DNA of 64,000 bases from the NCBI RefSeq assembly GCF_964355755.1, contig NC_092679.1, positions 774,201 to 838,200 on the forward strand, written 5' to 3'. Source of the stretch: Antedon mediterranea (Eukaryota; Animalia; Echinodermata). The notes beneath the pieces are model-generated. The model saw nothing but the letters and a program-made list of their open reading frames with translations. It was not told the DNA's origin and ran no database searches. Made by a program: the position numbers and the translations under genes. Of this stretch, positions 38,101 through 49,300 are shown one piece after another (position 1 is the stretch's first letter; each line of letters starts with the position of its first letter).

Positions 38101-39442
38101 CCATTCTAAATCAAAACCTAAAATCCACTTAATTATTTTACATAAGTTTCACCTTTATTTCTTTTGCACAAATGGAGTTTAACCCTTGAACCCTTGTGAA
38201 TCACATGACTTGTAACCAATGGCAACCTGTATCTGTGTTTCACTGATGGGTATTGGCATAATATTCAAGGGTTTAAACTCTTTCATCAGGCTTCTGCTCA
38301 GGCCATGGTTAATATAGAATCCATTATTTTATTAGTGATACCTGTAGCTGACTCTCTACATACCTATTTGACCATTTTGTTCATTATTTTTGGGTTTCTT
38401 AAGCTATTCTTTCCACACAGGTGTTTCACATCCCATCTACTGTCCATAATCACTTTCTATTTTGTTCTCCTAAAAAAAGAACTCTGAACTCCAGAATGTT
38501 GAAGCACATTTTTTTTCGTAATTTTCAGTTGGCTGAGCGGGTTAACATGCATTTTCTCAGCTTGATGGAAGCCTTGTTGGAATGCCATTCATCAGCATTG
38601 CCAAAGGTAATTTTTTTTTAAATCTAATTTTATATTTTTCCAATATTTTAAAAACATAAATTTAGTGCATATTTTATTAAAATTTCCCTGCTTTCTTTCT
38701 TGTTTTAGTTGCTACCAATGTGGAGCCCAATTCTTTTTAGCTATCATTCAAAGGTAAGATTATTGTTGTATTTATTTGTAAATATCAACCTATCGTTAGT
38801 ATTGTGCACACATTCAGAAATGTTTGAGCTGGTACAGTATAACCTAGCTGTATAGTGACATCATGCGTCACAAAAACAAGAGAGATTGCTATTATGTTGG
38901 TGTTACCGAGGCAATCTAACAACAGGATTCTGAGCTCGGTGATCAAAGGGTTTATCTGTGGCTGCGACATGATCAGGTCCACACCCCTTAACAGACACTG
39001 CACGCCGCAGAGTATAGAATAAGTACATAGTACAGTGATGTTGGTATTTGTTGCAGCTAGACCTGAGATCAAAGGACTGTTACGAGTAAGCTAAGTATGC
39101 TGTTGTTGGATTGCCTTGGTCTTACACCATCGTTTTACTTATATCTTACATATATCATTTTCCTCTAATCCATCTTTCTTTCATCTTTGGATATCTTTTA
39201 CTTTTCTACATCTTTAAACTAATCTTCTCACTAATATATTATTACATTCATGTACTTAGCTGCCAGGAAGTACTCAAGTGCGTCTACAGACCATCTTAAA
39301 TAACCCGCCCCCGTCACTAACCAAAGGAGAGGTGAATAACTTTAACTGTAACATCCGTATCTCCTGGCTGAAAGGCTTGCAGTTCAAGATGGGACAGATA
39401 GAGGTGCAATGGTCCAATGCATCACAGTACCTAGCAGTCTAA
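11176..39442 (+). CDS. UNC79: UNC79, NALCN channel complex subunit; about 46-47 coding exons
   Basis: First exons 11176-11197 and 11535-11655 give MSTKSEQFSNKIRNLTDYQNRVINNTVPLPNGTDIANTLKYFSHTL, matching the UNC79 N-terminus. Further in-frame exons include YPSLDYNQFYDTLVALID (12258-12424), AANLLFNYWP, LSRFGIWLLVE, YARVGGHWDTL, WDTSYGEVHF, HHCVALPCGADALW, LEPHCRQSWL, QFLRCICHQLAPNG, TLGSQLKAGVAQ, RLLSWLLLGSL and DFWGRVTPGVLQLLSHSK. Last exon 39260-39442 ends LQFKMGQIEVQWSNASQYLAV*. Confidence 0.95.
12736..17634 (-). mobile_element. Three nested copies of a non-autonomous Helentron/HINE (DINE-1-like) element, family 1
   Basis: Long arms 12736-14367, 14368-15879 and 15880-17393, then short arms 17394-17476, 17477-17558 and 17559-17634. 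On the minus strand the intact unit reads TT-AGTTATCCGCT-TAGT-AGCGGATAACT (subTIR plus IR) ... AGCGGATAACT (3' subTIR), AACTCGTCA-AAG-TGACGAGTT hairpin, TCATGT-CTAG. No TSD; A^T target. Confidence 0.85.
17638..17708. repeat. Tandem duplication, about 36 bp x2, abutting the HINE end
   Basis: TTTGGCATATCAAGCACAATCATACATACAGGAGT occurs twice. Confidence 0.85.
18172..18838 (-). mobile_element. HINE family 2, copy 1
   Basis: Left end CTAGAAAGC-CACTC CGA GAGTG (hairpin)-C-ATACCTCC. Right end (AAAC)n microsatellite then ATACCTCC-TTGGC-GGAGGTAAA. Second copy at 54317-55503. No TSD. Confidence 0.8.
19878..20076 (+). mobile_element. Degenerate tRNA-derived SINE
   Basis: TAGTGGTTAACGTGCTTGC...GGGTTCAATCC head. 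The tail TATAAAA.AGTT.ATCCATCCTGTAATTGGCAAG recurs at about 48055-48105. Similar degenerate heads near 8010-8070 (-), 8355-8420 (+) and 31445-31500 (+). Confidence 0.5.
20818..20973. mobile_element. Small foldback MITE
   Basis: Inverted repeats ATTCTATTGCAGTAACTGCAGTAA ... TTACTGCAGTTACTGCAGTAGAAT. Confidence 0.55.
22085..22520. mobile_element. hAT-like MITE with an internal tandem array
   Basis: Imperfect TIR CAGTTGCGTAAC...GTCACGCCATTG and perfect 8-bp TSD TTTACAAT on both sides. About 4 internal tandem copies of a 70-bp unit (GGGCCCCTGCAAATGAATAGCCCACTGCAACTAWCCAGCGTTGGAGGGCCTCTTAGTAGTGCTAAACCTG) at about 22205-22497. Confidence 0.85.
24026..24189. mobile_element. Harbinger-like MITE H1 copy
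   Basis: Both TIRs present, TAA on both flanks. Confidence 0.8.
24535..24653. mobile_element. Tc1/mariner-like MITE remnant
   Basis: CAGTCAACTCTCT...AGAGAGTTTACTG-TA termini. Confidence 0.45.
27452..27600. repeat. 21-bp minisatellite, about 6 copies
   Basis: Unit CCCCTATTTAGGGGACACCCA containing the hairpin CCCCTA-T-TAGGGG. Confidence 0.9.
28670..28711 (+). other. Candidate 42-nt cassette exon of UNC79
   Basis: CTTTCTTAG acceptor and GCG|GTAAGA donor. Phase 1-1 and open (AEKRDTTNPKQQSS) between the exons ending 28121 and starting about 29785. Confidence 0.6.
29633..29727. mobile_element. Short Harbinger-like MITE
   Basis: TIR AGCTTGGTTCCCACTTG...CAAGTGGGAACCAAGCT. Related partial copy at about 51376-51475 shares the left TIR and TTTGACCAATCACAA. 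Confidence 0.65.
32582..32810. mobile_element. MITE H1 copy interrupted by a ~100-bp insertion (32691-32790)
   Basis: TIRs and TAA TSD present. The right TIR is split as AACTAGTTTG [insert] TTGATAGTGTAGAC. Confidence 0.75.
36556..36858 (+). mobile_element. tRNA-derived SINE with CORE-like centre and L2-type tail
   Basis: A box TGGCACAGTG, B box GGTTCGAATCC, CCTTAGGCAAGATACTTTAC...TGCCTCTCTCCACCCAGGTGTATAAAATGGG, tail AGCGCTTAGAG...GGCGCTATATAAAT...(TTA)n. Solo tails at about 12493-12560, 25606-25680 and 43826-43872. Confidence 0.8.
37403..37609. mobile_element. Foldback MITE family F, copy 1
   Basis: Ends ACCAAGAAAATTTAACAACTGGA...TCCTGTTGTTAGGTTGCCTAGGT. Body homologous to 38905-39120. Confidence 0.65.
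38175..38280. mobile_element. Small foldback element
   Basis: Inverted ends GAGTTTAACCCTTGAA...TTCAAGGGTTTAAACTC. Confidence 0.5.
38905..39120. mobile_element. Foldback MITE family F, copy 2
   Basis: TIR ACCGAGGCAATCTAACAACAG...CTGTTGTTGGATTGCCTTGGT. Confidence 0.7.
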
Positions 39443-40314
39443 AGCCCTTTTCACACCTAAAAAATGATGGGGCTCTCGCCTCCCTGAGCCACACCAATGA
39501 TATAATAGGTACGGAGAAAACCTAAAAACAGGACTAAAAAAAGAGGTGAAAAGCTGTAAATTCAATGAAGTCAAATATTATTGTTACATTTTAATCGTAT
39601 CAAAGATGTTTAATAACATAATTAAATGCTATACTGCATAAAATAAAATAATCTGTGGTTTAAATTTTTGTCTTTGTAAAGTAAGAGAAATATTTTGATG
39701 TCTAGAATAATAGAATTTAAATTATTATATTATTTAGTGTCACTGAACTTAAAGTTTGAAACAGTAATATTATAGATATTTATGCCATAGCTTGTGCAAT
39801 ACCTTCTCTAAAATCAAGTTAGTAGTTTAGATGTGTGGTTTAAATTTCCTATGCTAAATCAATATTATTAAGTAAATTAAAATAGGATAGAATAAGTTTG
39901 TTTTGTATTTATTTTCTGTTAATTTATGCGTAAATAAAGCTTCATCAAGTAACATGTCTCCTTGGGCTTAATTACAGATACATGATTTTAAGTGGGTCCT
40001 TGTTGTTTATGGAAGTAATAAGACATATACAATGTAACTCCTCATTTGGGACACCTCTATTCTGGGGGGGGGGGGGGACACTTCTGAAACCCAAATGCAA
40101 TTAATACTTGCTTTATATGCAGCATACATTTATTGCTGTTTACTCATCTTTAATATTTTTGTGTAAACTGTAAAAACAAAGTCATTTAGCTCATGTAAAA
40201 ATGACTAATGTTATGTGTTCTAGTTAACTAGGTTACTATGCTATTAAAACCCTTAATGAACCAAACACTATTAGGCAGATCATGTCAGAATTAAACCAGA
40301 TTATAGCATCAATA

Positions 40315-41390
40315 CCACATTAACGTGATTAAGGCCAGAGGAGTGGTATTACATTGACGTGATTGAGGCGAGAGAAGGAGTTTTACATTGACGTGATTGA
40401 GGCCAGAGAAGAGGTATACATTGAAACAATTGAGGCCAGTGAAGGAGTATTACATTGACGAGATTGAGGCGAGAGAAGGGGTATTACATTGACGTGATTG
40501 AGGCGAGAGAAGGAGTATTATATTGACGTGATTGAGGCCAGAGAAGGGGTATTACATTGAAACAATTGAGGCCAGAGAAGGGGTATTACATTGACGTGAT
40601 TGAGGCCAAAAGAGTGGTATTACATTTACGTGATTGAGGCGAGAGAAGGAGTATTACATTAACGTGATTGAGGCCAGAGAAGGAGTATTACATTGACGTG
40701 ATTGAGGCCAGAGAAGGGGTATTACATTGAAACAATTGAGGCCAGAGAAGGGGTATTACATTGAAACAATTGAGGCCAAAAGAGTGGTATTACATTGACG
40801 TGATTGAGGCGAGAGAAGAGGTATACATTGAAACAATTGAGGCCAGTGAAGGAGTATTACATTGACGAGATTGAGGCGAGAGAAGGGGTATTACATTGAC
40901 GTGATTGAGGCGAGAGAAGGAGTATTACATTGACGTGATTGAGGCCAGAGAAGGGGTATTACATTGAAACAATTGAGGCCAGAGAAGGGGTATTACATTG
41001 ACGTGATTGAGGCCAAAAGAGTGGTATTACATTTACGTGATTGAGGCGAGAGAAGGAGTATTACATTAACGTGATTGAGGCCAGAGAAGGAGTATTACAT
41101 TGACGTGATTGAGGCCAGAGAAGGGGTATTACATTGAAACAATTGAGGCCAGAGAAGGGGTATTACATTGACGTGATTGAGGCCAAAAGAGTGGTATTAC
41201 ATTGACGTGATTGAGGCGAAAGTAGGAGTATTACATTGACGTGATTGAGGTCAAAGAAGGGGTATTACATTGTCACAATTGAGGCAAGAGGAGTGGTATT
41301 GCATTGACGTGATTGAGGCAAGAGAATGAGTATTACATTGACGTGATTGAGGCCAGAGAAGGGTATTACATTGAAACAACTGAGGCCAGT
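40315..41390. repeat. 34-bp minisatellite, about 32 copies, with a 407-bp higher-order period
   Basis: Unit TACATTGACGTGATTGAGGCCAGAGAAGGRGTAT. Diagnostic variants recur 407 bp apart (CCAGT ending at 40440 and 40847; TACATTTACG at 40621 and 41028). Confidence 0.95.
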
Positions 41391-42081
41391 CACATATTGA
41401 ACTTAACAAGCACTTAAAATAAATGAAACATAACCAAAAATTACTTCAATTATTTTTTATTTCTAAAATGTACTCAAAACAAACATTCAAAACTGAAATA
41501 AAAGAGAATTACCCAAATTATGAGTTGTAAAAAAAACACACCAGCTATTGCAACACTTATAATTTTTAAAATTAATAACACAATTTAATTGTAATTCAAC
41601 ATGTATGTCCACAATTAATTTGTTTCAGTTAATTTTATCTAATTCTATAACTTAAACATCAAATTTAGTCATGTCATGTCATGTCATGTCATGTGGTAGT
41701 TTTGGATATGTAACCTATATTGTATTATTGATTATTAATACGTATATTCAAAATGTGTATTTGTAGAACCGTTTTGCTTTGTTTCCAAGGGTGGTGTTTG
41801 GGTCCAAATAGGTGGTGTTTGGGTCCAAATAGATGCCTTTTTGTCTTTAACACACAAAGTGTCCTCTTAACAGTGTATTATTCAAGAACTTTTACTTTTA
41901 ATAATTAAAGGGACAAATCAAATAAACTTGTCAAGAATTTGGATGCCTCAAAGAAGACTAATACATAGGTGGATCTAAATCCAAAAGATAGAACATGAGG
42001 TTCAGTTCAGCTTTTCATCTTTAGGCCCCCATCCTCCCTCTCTTTTATTTTTATTTTTTCAACTTCTCACTAACACTGTTA

Positions 42082-42372
42082 GTGAAGGATCGGGACCAAC
42101 CTCTAAAAACGGTCCAGTTCCAATTGCACAGTGGCTGTGTGTGACAGTGGCTGTGTTTGTGTGGACTAGTACACCGGGGTATCCCCCTACTCGTCTCGAA
42201 AGATATACTAGGTTTTTTAAAGTGCACATGACCTACGGTTTACAGTCCTTATCCGACAAGACTCGTTCTACCACCAGAACCATGGAGCGAGTGAGCTTAT
42301 CGAACCCTTGCCGATGTTATGGCTACATAATTCTGGTTCCACTGTGTTAACAGCTTGGCCACTCACTCACTC
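42082..42372 (-). mobile_element. tRNA-headed SINE with Deu(Nin)-like central domain
   Basis: Minus strand: GAGTGAGTGGCCAAGCTGTT (A box)...GGGTTCGATA (B-like)...TCGGATAAGGACTGTAAACCGTAGGTC...TTTCGAGACGAGTAGGGGGATACCCCGGTGT, resembling the conserved DeuSINE domain as I recall it. Confidence 0.65.
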
Positions 42373-43363
42373 ACTCTTTCTTTTAAAATCTAGAATCTGC
42401 CACTGCATTATCTAAAATGGCTCCTAATTTGATATGCAACTGGTTAATGAATATGCTTATTTGTAGCAGGGTTCTATTTCTATTACACTTACATATTCAA
42501 AAGTGTTAATCTATTTATTTATACAATGCACTTAATATTCATTGCAATTATGCTGGCTATGCTAGTTAATACAACCATAATAAAACTCAATTGTCGGTGT
42601 AGCTATGGATAAAACAATGTATTGCATTTGTTTGGTGGTATTTTTTATACTTAGCTGATATGTAACATAAAACATTTTAACTGTTACATGGTCACTGTGA
42701 AATTCTTAAACTAATTTGGGAAGAAAACTGTTTAGGAGTAGTCTTTAAAATCTCTTTAAAACGACCTAAATGAATGGCTATCTATTATGGAGAGAATGGA
42801 ATGACTTGCTACTATATTCAAGTAACTGATAAATTAAATTCAATACTCTAATAATATTTATATTTATGTATTAATAATATACAGTGTTGATTTTTTTTTC
42901 ATTATAAATTTTTGTATAAATCACATAACTGTCCCTGATAATTAAAACAATATTAACAAATAAAATATATCTAATAATATATAAACAAACTATCTTATTC
43001 AAAGCAGGAGTTGTGTATCGGTTTTGTTTTTAAAATACAATTTAAAAATAAATATATTTTAAAGATAGCAGGAAGTATGTATGTAAGTACATACTTACAC
43101 ATTTCTATTTTAAACCACCTCTTTATGTAATTCAGAAAATCACAAATGAAGCATTTTTTATTTTATTTTTCTGTATATTGTGATAATTCATATCTCACTC
43201 TGAATCACATAAATCTCTATAAAATTGATAAAACATGTAACTCATTTAAAATAATTATCAACCAATCAATATATATATATATATATTTCATTAGAAATAT
43301 TAATAAAAATAAAATTGATAAAATCTCAATAAAATATTATCACTTCAATAAAATAATCGTTCT

Positions 43364-46300
43364 TCAACTTGGTATTTTAAAATGTTTAGCTTGTTTATAC
43401 GTAGGAAAGACGGCAGTATCTATCTTATCTTCTACTTTATACGAGGGATAAAGACCAGGCTTTGAACCAGCTAAATCTCTATTGGTCCCTTTTGAATAGC
43501 CGTCCCAATGGTTGCCAGCGACCGCTATTAAATCACCAGGTTTAAGATGGGTTTCCGCACTGTTTCGTGGATCGTGCGGGTATATCGCACGCTGGCGGTG
43601 CTCATTTTGACCGCCAAAATAGTATATATCGTCTAAAGACCTGAAATAGGATGAGGCGTCTGGATGCAACGTCTGCATTATTTCATAAGCTACCCTACAA
43701 ACCTGCCAAAATAAAAACAAATCTTTGTAGGCTTAAACAAATTTAAAATTCATCAATTATAATAATATATAGGTATGATCTTTAGTTAATATTTAGAAAT
43801 ACAGTACGTTGCAAATACCTTCTTTGGGCTTAGAGGTTTAGGTGCTACATAAATACAGGACATTATTATTATCCCTATTCTGGGAAACCCCTATTAAGGG
43901 ACACTTTGTTGAGTCTCTAAGGTGTCCTCTTAATACACTACTATATATTTTAATAATATAGAAATGTATCTATCTGTGTATTATGTATGTTTGTGTGTAT
44001 AACAGAGAGATAATAGAGAGGTAATAGAGAGATAATAGAGAGATAATAGAGAGATAATAGAGAGATAATAGAGAGATAATAGAGAGATAATAGAGAGATA
44101 ATAGAGAGATAATAGAGAGATAATTTCAACAAGGAAAAGGCAGTACCAATGCCTTCCTGTTCATTTGAGGAAATCATCTTATATCTTAATTCTACTACCA
44201 CCACTCATGTATCAAAATTAATGGCTCGATAAGAGGGAGGTTTCAGTATGCAATGACCTATGACCTAGTTACATCATTGTGCGCATTACAATGTGGTTCC
44301 TCGCTTGAACTTTGACACAGTTTAAGTAAATTCTAGGTTCAGCCAATGACATAACAGTCGTAGGTTATCGCAAATCAAACTCCCAATCACATTGTTCAGA
44401 AAAACTCACCTGTGATGAAAATGTACAAACTAAAAAGTCTGAATTTGCTAAGAAATGAATATCTAAAATAACTCCACGTAAAGAATTGTCAGTGTATCTT
44501 TGATTGATACTCGCTGATTTTGATATATCATTGTCACTTATAAAGTGATAATCTGGATATCTAACAAATAAAGAGAAAATAAAAAATAGTTTTTTTAGTC
44601 AGCTTTAAATTAAAAATTACATTATTTATAATAACATTATGTAAATACAATGTGCTAAATTGGAGGCTTTTTATTTTGAGGTTTTAATTTGAAGCATCCA
44701 CTTTTTTTTAATTAATTATTTTCTTTCACTTTATTGTTAACATACTAATTTGCATATTGCATGTGTTCCTTGTGTTCAGCATTCCTTTGTGTTTGTGCAG
44801 TTCAGTAGAGCCATAGCAGTACAGCCACACAGGCCACACACAGTGCAGCAATGTAGTGTTACAATACTGTACTAGCAGGTTATATGTTTTTACAAATCTT
44901 AAACTTAAGGTGAGTTTCAGTTTTATTTGTCTTTTTAAACCTTATTGATATTGATACTTAAGTCTTTAAAACCTAGGCCCTGGTGATGATGTTGTTAATG
45001 GCACAATGGTTACTTAGTGCTAGGCCTACAGCCAGCCACACATGCCATAAGTCTGGGTGAGACCAACAGCTCTGTCTCCACTATCAAACTATGTAATGTA
45101 CCCATACAGTATATGGACATGATGATGTCATATTACTACCACACTTTGTTTGATAGTGCAGACAGAGCTTTAGTTAGTTGGTGTATACTGTCTTACTTTG
45201 TATTGGTCCTAAACCACTGTAACCTTTTAAAGCAAGCTTACTTTTTTCTAGTTTCTTCTAATAAGTTAGGATCATCTGTCGCAAGGTATACATTTTTCTT
45301 ATCTACTTTCTGTCTTCTTTTAATCAATTCATAATACTCTTCAACATGCTTCATATATTCTGATATGTCGTGGAAGGCTGCTTCGGTACCGACTTTATCG
45401 GTTCTTCTTACGTGAACTCTGTAAATACAAACAAAACTAGATTTTAAATATCTGCATTTCGACATGCAATGTTTACCAGACACACATTAACATAGCCTTA
45501 ATATATTTGTATCATTTTTCAAATGCTCATTGTTTATTGGCAACAAGATAACAACAAAATTGTAAAAATTAATAGATTCAAAATGTATTCTTACCCTACT
45601 ATAGGATGTTGGAAGCTATGTTTTATCTCCATATCATTTATCTGTTTCTGTAATAAATCATTTGGTCTTAGTATGTACTTTAAGACCTGTCCAACCCACC
45701 ATACTATGGGATGTCCATGTAGATGTATTAAGTCTTTAGCTAAGTCTTCTGGAACTGCTAGTGGTAGGAAGTTAGGCCTTGGGTGAAGACCGTCTACTAT
45801 AGGTAAATCAACTACTTGAATGTTTTCCATTGATTCCGGGCCTGTGCAAAATTTAAAAAAGAAAGAAATAGTAAAAGTATAAATACCTATTACCACAATG
45901 GTTAAGAAAAGTGAAAGTTATTTAAAGTTTATAATATTATAATAAACTAATCTAAACTGCTTCTTCAATGACATTATTTTTTAACAGAATTACTTACTAT
46001 TAAAGTAAGCATCTCTAATATTCTTATAGTATTCAGTTTCTATTATATCTAGTAATTTAGCATCAGTCACGTACAACAAGACGCATGCATAAATACTTGT
46101 TACTTTTAAGTGAATAATGTTGCACTAAAAATTAAATACAAAAGAGATACAGTAATATGTCATAGATATTCAAAAGTGTTTTAAAAGAATTTTAAAAAAC
46201 CATTAAAAAACAGACAATGTGTGACTGATCATACATAAATTCTATGTGTTCTGATTGGTTGAATCTTCTCTAGCTTTAATCAGTTACATTTGTAAAGATC

Positions 46301-49300
46301 CATCCAATCACAGCACAAAGATTTTGCAGACAATCAAAAGTAGTATCTGGAAGTGTGATGGCTAAACATTGGACACATTTTTTTTTTAAATCCATTATTT
46401 GAAGGAAATAACTTAAATTTAAAATGTGAAGTAAACACATTGCAAAACTAAAAGCATAAAGGCAACTACCAGTAGGTCAGTTAGTCAATTACTGCCAAAC
46501 TGGGAACATAAGGTAGGCTTTTTTATAAAGCTAGGCCTATGTAAGCTAGGGTCTAGTCCCCATAGGCTAGCTTGTCCTAATTAATGCAGGGCCTAGGCCT
46601 AGTTGAAGGGGCCATATGTTTACATTGTTTCATGATTGTTTGCCACACAAATGTATAATGATTATGCCTGATTTACATTGAATTAAACATATTTTGTCAA
46701 TCATAATCAATTATTTTATTGTTATACAGTACTAAGTAGGCCTAGCATAGGACAGGTAGTTAAAATATGAATAACATTAAGCCTAGCCTAGAATGATGCA
46801 TATATTATGTATGTATATGAAAAATACAGTTGAATAGTAAACTGTTATCATTTATACAATTAAGTCCTGGCGGAATAACAAATTTGTGATAAAGCCTTTG
46901 TGATATTAAAATCCATATTTAAGCTCAATAATATATATTGATGTTTTTCAATGATGAATTCTAGAGTGTTTCTAATTGTGTTATATTGAGCGCATCATTT
47001 TCAGTATTCAGGTGAATATGTGTTTAAAGTATTATTGATTTCTTTACTAATGATCATACAACAAAGATACAATCGATGTCAGTATCATTTTACTTGCGCT
47101 AACAGTGGTACTATTTCCTGGTGGACAATGGGCACAGACAGCTGTCACTTTTAATTGTCAAATATCAGAGACATTCCGACAGCAGTTTGCACGTCAGACG
47201 AGAAAGAAGCACTTTTAACAATTCAATAGAAAGCAGAATGTATTTTTTTAATTGAGTTATCATAATTCCAAATATGTACTATTATGACCTTATATGGGTA
47301 AAACACTAAAATATATGGGATTTTATTAATGGCCACATTATGACCATATTTGGGCATAATCTCGATCTTGGATGATACTAACTTCAAATTACTGTCATAG
47401 ACAAGAAACCTAAGGGCTACACTTTCTTAATAATTGTTAATTACAAAACAGATATGAGGAACAAAAGAATGAAGATATAGAAATCATTTAATCATATGCG
47501 TAGGCGAAACAGATACACAATAGATATGAGAAACCAATATATTATTATTATTATTATTGATATTGCTAAAGTACAGAAAGTGGTACCTTACATTATCCTT
47601 CTTAAACTAGACATATTTACTGTCATTTTATCATATTATTATTATGTGACACAATGTCATACATTCTTACATTTTTGTGGTTTATACATCAATGTATTAA
47701 TTTAATCAAAACCATGTTTGATTTCTGTAGACAGTAGTCTGTTATGGGAAACCATATAGGCTTGTGGGGGTGTGGGTAATATATTCAACTCCCATTAAAT
47801 GTCATTATGGCAGAACATTATTGTCATACAACATAAGGACAAAATCAATTCATACATGTGCAAAGTATACAAATTTGTACATGGCATTAAATACAAACCT
47901 ATGTTTGTATTTTGTATTTTCCTAAATTTTGAGCTGCTTAAGTTCATAAAAACCAGTTGATTTATATTCGCATCATTTATGACCAAGTTTTCATAGCTCA
48001 TCACAATAAAAATCTCCCTCTTGTAATTAAATTGTATATCTCCCTCTTGTAATTAAATTATAAAATAGTTTATCCATCCTGTAATTGGCAAGTTTGCGTA
48101 TGAAATTGTCAGGTTATCATAGTTTGAATATATATATATACTTTATAAAAACACAACAGGCAAAGAACATTAATTCTAAACCTCCCTGTGATATGTATAC
48201 AGCATTAAGAATGTTGAATTTTTCTGATTTATAAATCTAGGTTTCTGATCATTATCGATTATAAATCACGATTATGGCAAGATTCTGGAAGTAAGCTCCC
48301 ATTGATCTATTTGCAATGAATTGAAGACTACACTATATACTGTGGCTTAATAAATCATTACTGACAATTGCGCTTTTAAAATGCAAATCGTAATTTTAAC
48401 ATCAAAGAAACACTGTTATCAGCTGCACTTTGACAGACTTGGCTTGTATTGGTTGAGAAATTCTTACTGACGACAATCAGTGTTTTATAATTTGAACATG
48501 AAAATGTCTGTTTTAATTCGGATTTCAGTAAGAATCTATACAATTATTTTATGCCCTAAATATTACAGACAATCGCTCATATTTTAAAAGTCTGATAAAC
48601 CTAAATCTCTGTCTACACAATCAAACTAGTTTGACAAATAAAATGTGATATGCTCAAATATGGTAGTGATATTCCCAAATTTTGTTGTGATGACATCATC
48701 ATGTCCATATATTGGCACATTTTTTGTCACATAAAGTTTGATAGTGTAGACAGAGCTTAAGGGCTTTGAAGTAAATACAAAGATAGTAATAGGGTTTTAC
48801 TAAATGAGTAAAATTTATTTTTTTAATTTCATGCAAAACATACAGTATTGAGCAAAAATAAGGATGAACTAAAAATACTTACGGCCCCATCTGCCGGTTG
48901 TACTGCCCTTACGATCACGACACGTGTTGCTAAGAGGCATAAACCAACGCTCCCAACCTTCAGGCGAATAGCGCCACCCACGTGACTCTAGAATGAGTGT
49001 ACGCTGTGTTCCGTAGGCCAGGATGAGGCAGTAGGCCACGTGATGGACTTGACAACCATACCCACATCCTTTGTTTAAGTTGCACACTAACTTTTTTGCA
49101 TTTCCACAATCGATAGGATTCTACAATAGAAAACAAGCATGGTTTTATATTTTATATCCATTTGTGATAAAAAAGTGTGATGTGCCTAAATAGTAGTAGT
49201 GATACAGTATATGTGTACATCACTTTTTTTTTGTCACATAAATTATGATAGTGTGGACTTTAAGCCTTGTCTATACTATCAAACTTATGGGACAAAAAAT

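Noticed and set aside
37403-39120. Duplicated intronic segments in nearby UNC79 introns as possible snoRNAs
   Set aside because: No convincing C/D or H/ACA boxes, and both copies have terminal inverted repeats typical of a MITE.
40315-41390. Regularly spaced ~34-bp repeats resembling a CRISPR array
   Set aside because: Contiguous tandem units with no unique spacers, no cas genes and a eukaryotic context.
43950-44204. ORF with [11 protein letters not shown] repeats; likewise the GGCPLNR ORF at 27423-27656 and the ORF at 22392-22574
   Set aside because: Translations of minisatellites.
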